Shown here piece after piece: positions 49,539-50,149 of a DNA stretch of 50,149 nt. This DNA is from Lama guanicoe. Lineage: Eukaryota. Positions within the stretch are counted from its first letter, which is position 1, and each line of letters begins with the position of its first letter. Below the pieces are notes generated by a model. It was not told the DNA's origin and did not search any database. It saw only the letters and a list, made by a program, of their open reading frames with translations. The stretch spans positions 1,657,146-1,707,294 of the forward strand of contig MU054400.1 of assembly GCA_013239625.1 (NCBI GenBank). Reading direction: 5' to 3'. The translations under genes and the position numbers were made by a program.

Positions 49539-50149
49539 TTTTTTTTTTCCAAATGCACACTCATTTAATTACAAAGCAATAGATTCACATACCAATAGCT
49601 ACCCTTATTGCATATAAAGCATTCTGATATTTTCTATTACATCCTTTTTGAAAAAATATATTGTTTTAATGACCCATTCATGGGTCTTGTGCAGTTTTTT
49701 TAACATTTTTTATTGATTTATAATCATTTTACAATGTTGTGTCAAATTCCAGTGTAGAGCACAATTTTCAATTATACGTGAACATGTATATATTCATTGT
49801 CACATTGCTTTCTCTGTGAGCTACCATAAGATCTTATATGTATTTCCCTGTGCTATACAGTATAATCTTGTTTATCTATTCTACAATTTTGAAATCCCAA
49901 GTCTGTCTCTTCCCACCCGCCCCACCCTTGGCAACCACAAGTTTGTATTCTATGTCTATGGGTCTATTTCTGTTCTGTATTTATGCTTTTTTGTTTGTTT
50001 GTTTGTTTTTGTTTGTTTCTTTTTTTAGATTCCACATATGAGCAATCTCATATGGTATTTTTCTTTCTCTCTGGCTTACTTCACTTAGAATGACATTCTC
50101 CAGGAGCATCCATGTTGCTGCAAATGGCATTATGTTGTCAGTTTTTATG
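49539..50149 (-). mobile_element. Young camelid L1 3' end (runs off the window) with an apparent 3' transduction
   Basis: 3' UTR and ORF2 end similar to 27840-28290. 146 bp of non-L1 sequence lies between the L1 A7 tract and a second A10 tract. Confidence 0.88.

Overview
Mammalian genomic DNA, most likely camelid (alpaca, llama or camel). The evidence is three tRNA-derived SINEs of the camelid Vic-1 type and young L1s with a lineage-specific 3' UTR. I could not identify a host protein-coding gene. The left 20 kb is mixed unique DNA containing MIR, L2, L1MC, BLACKJACK and Tigger3 relics, three solo LTRs and a few candidate exons. A CpG-island promoter at about 16.3-16.9 kb carries a tandemly duplicated RFX X-box and a perfect 5 x 12-bp GC-rich repeat. 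The right 30 kb is mostly nested, minus-strand L1s: old L1MB-type hosts invaded by a near full-length Tigger1 and several generations of younger L1s, many with readable target-site duplications (TSDs). Two young L1s have long open ORF2 frames. The most unusual signals are two apparent L1 3' transductions, a chimera of an L1 with the 3' end of a cellular mRNA, a mosaic L1 with a near-identical 2.5-kb core but diverged flanks, and a prematurely polyadenylated L1. I see no convincing wholly new biological system. Repeat family names come from recalled consensus sequences, not from database searches.
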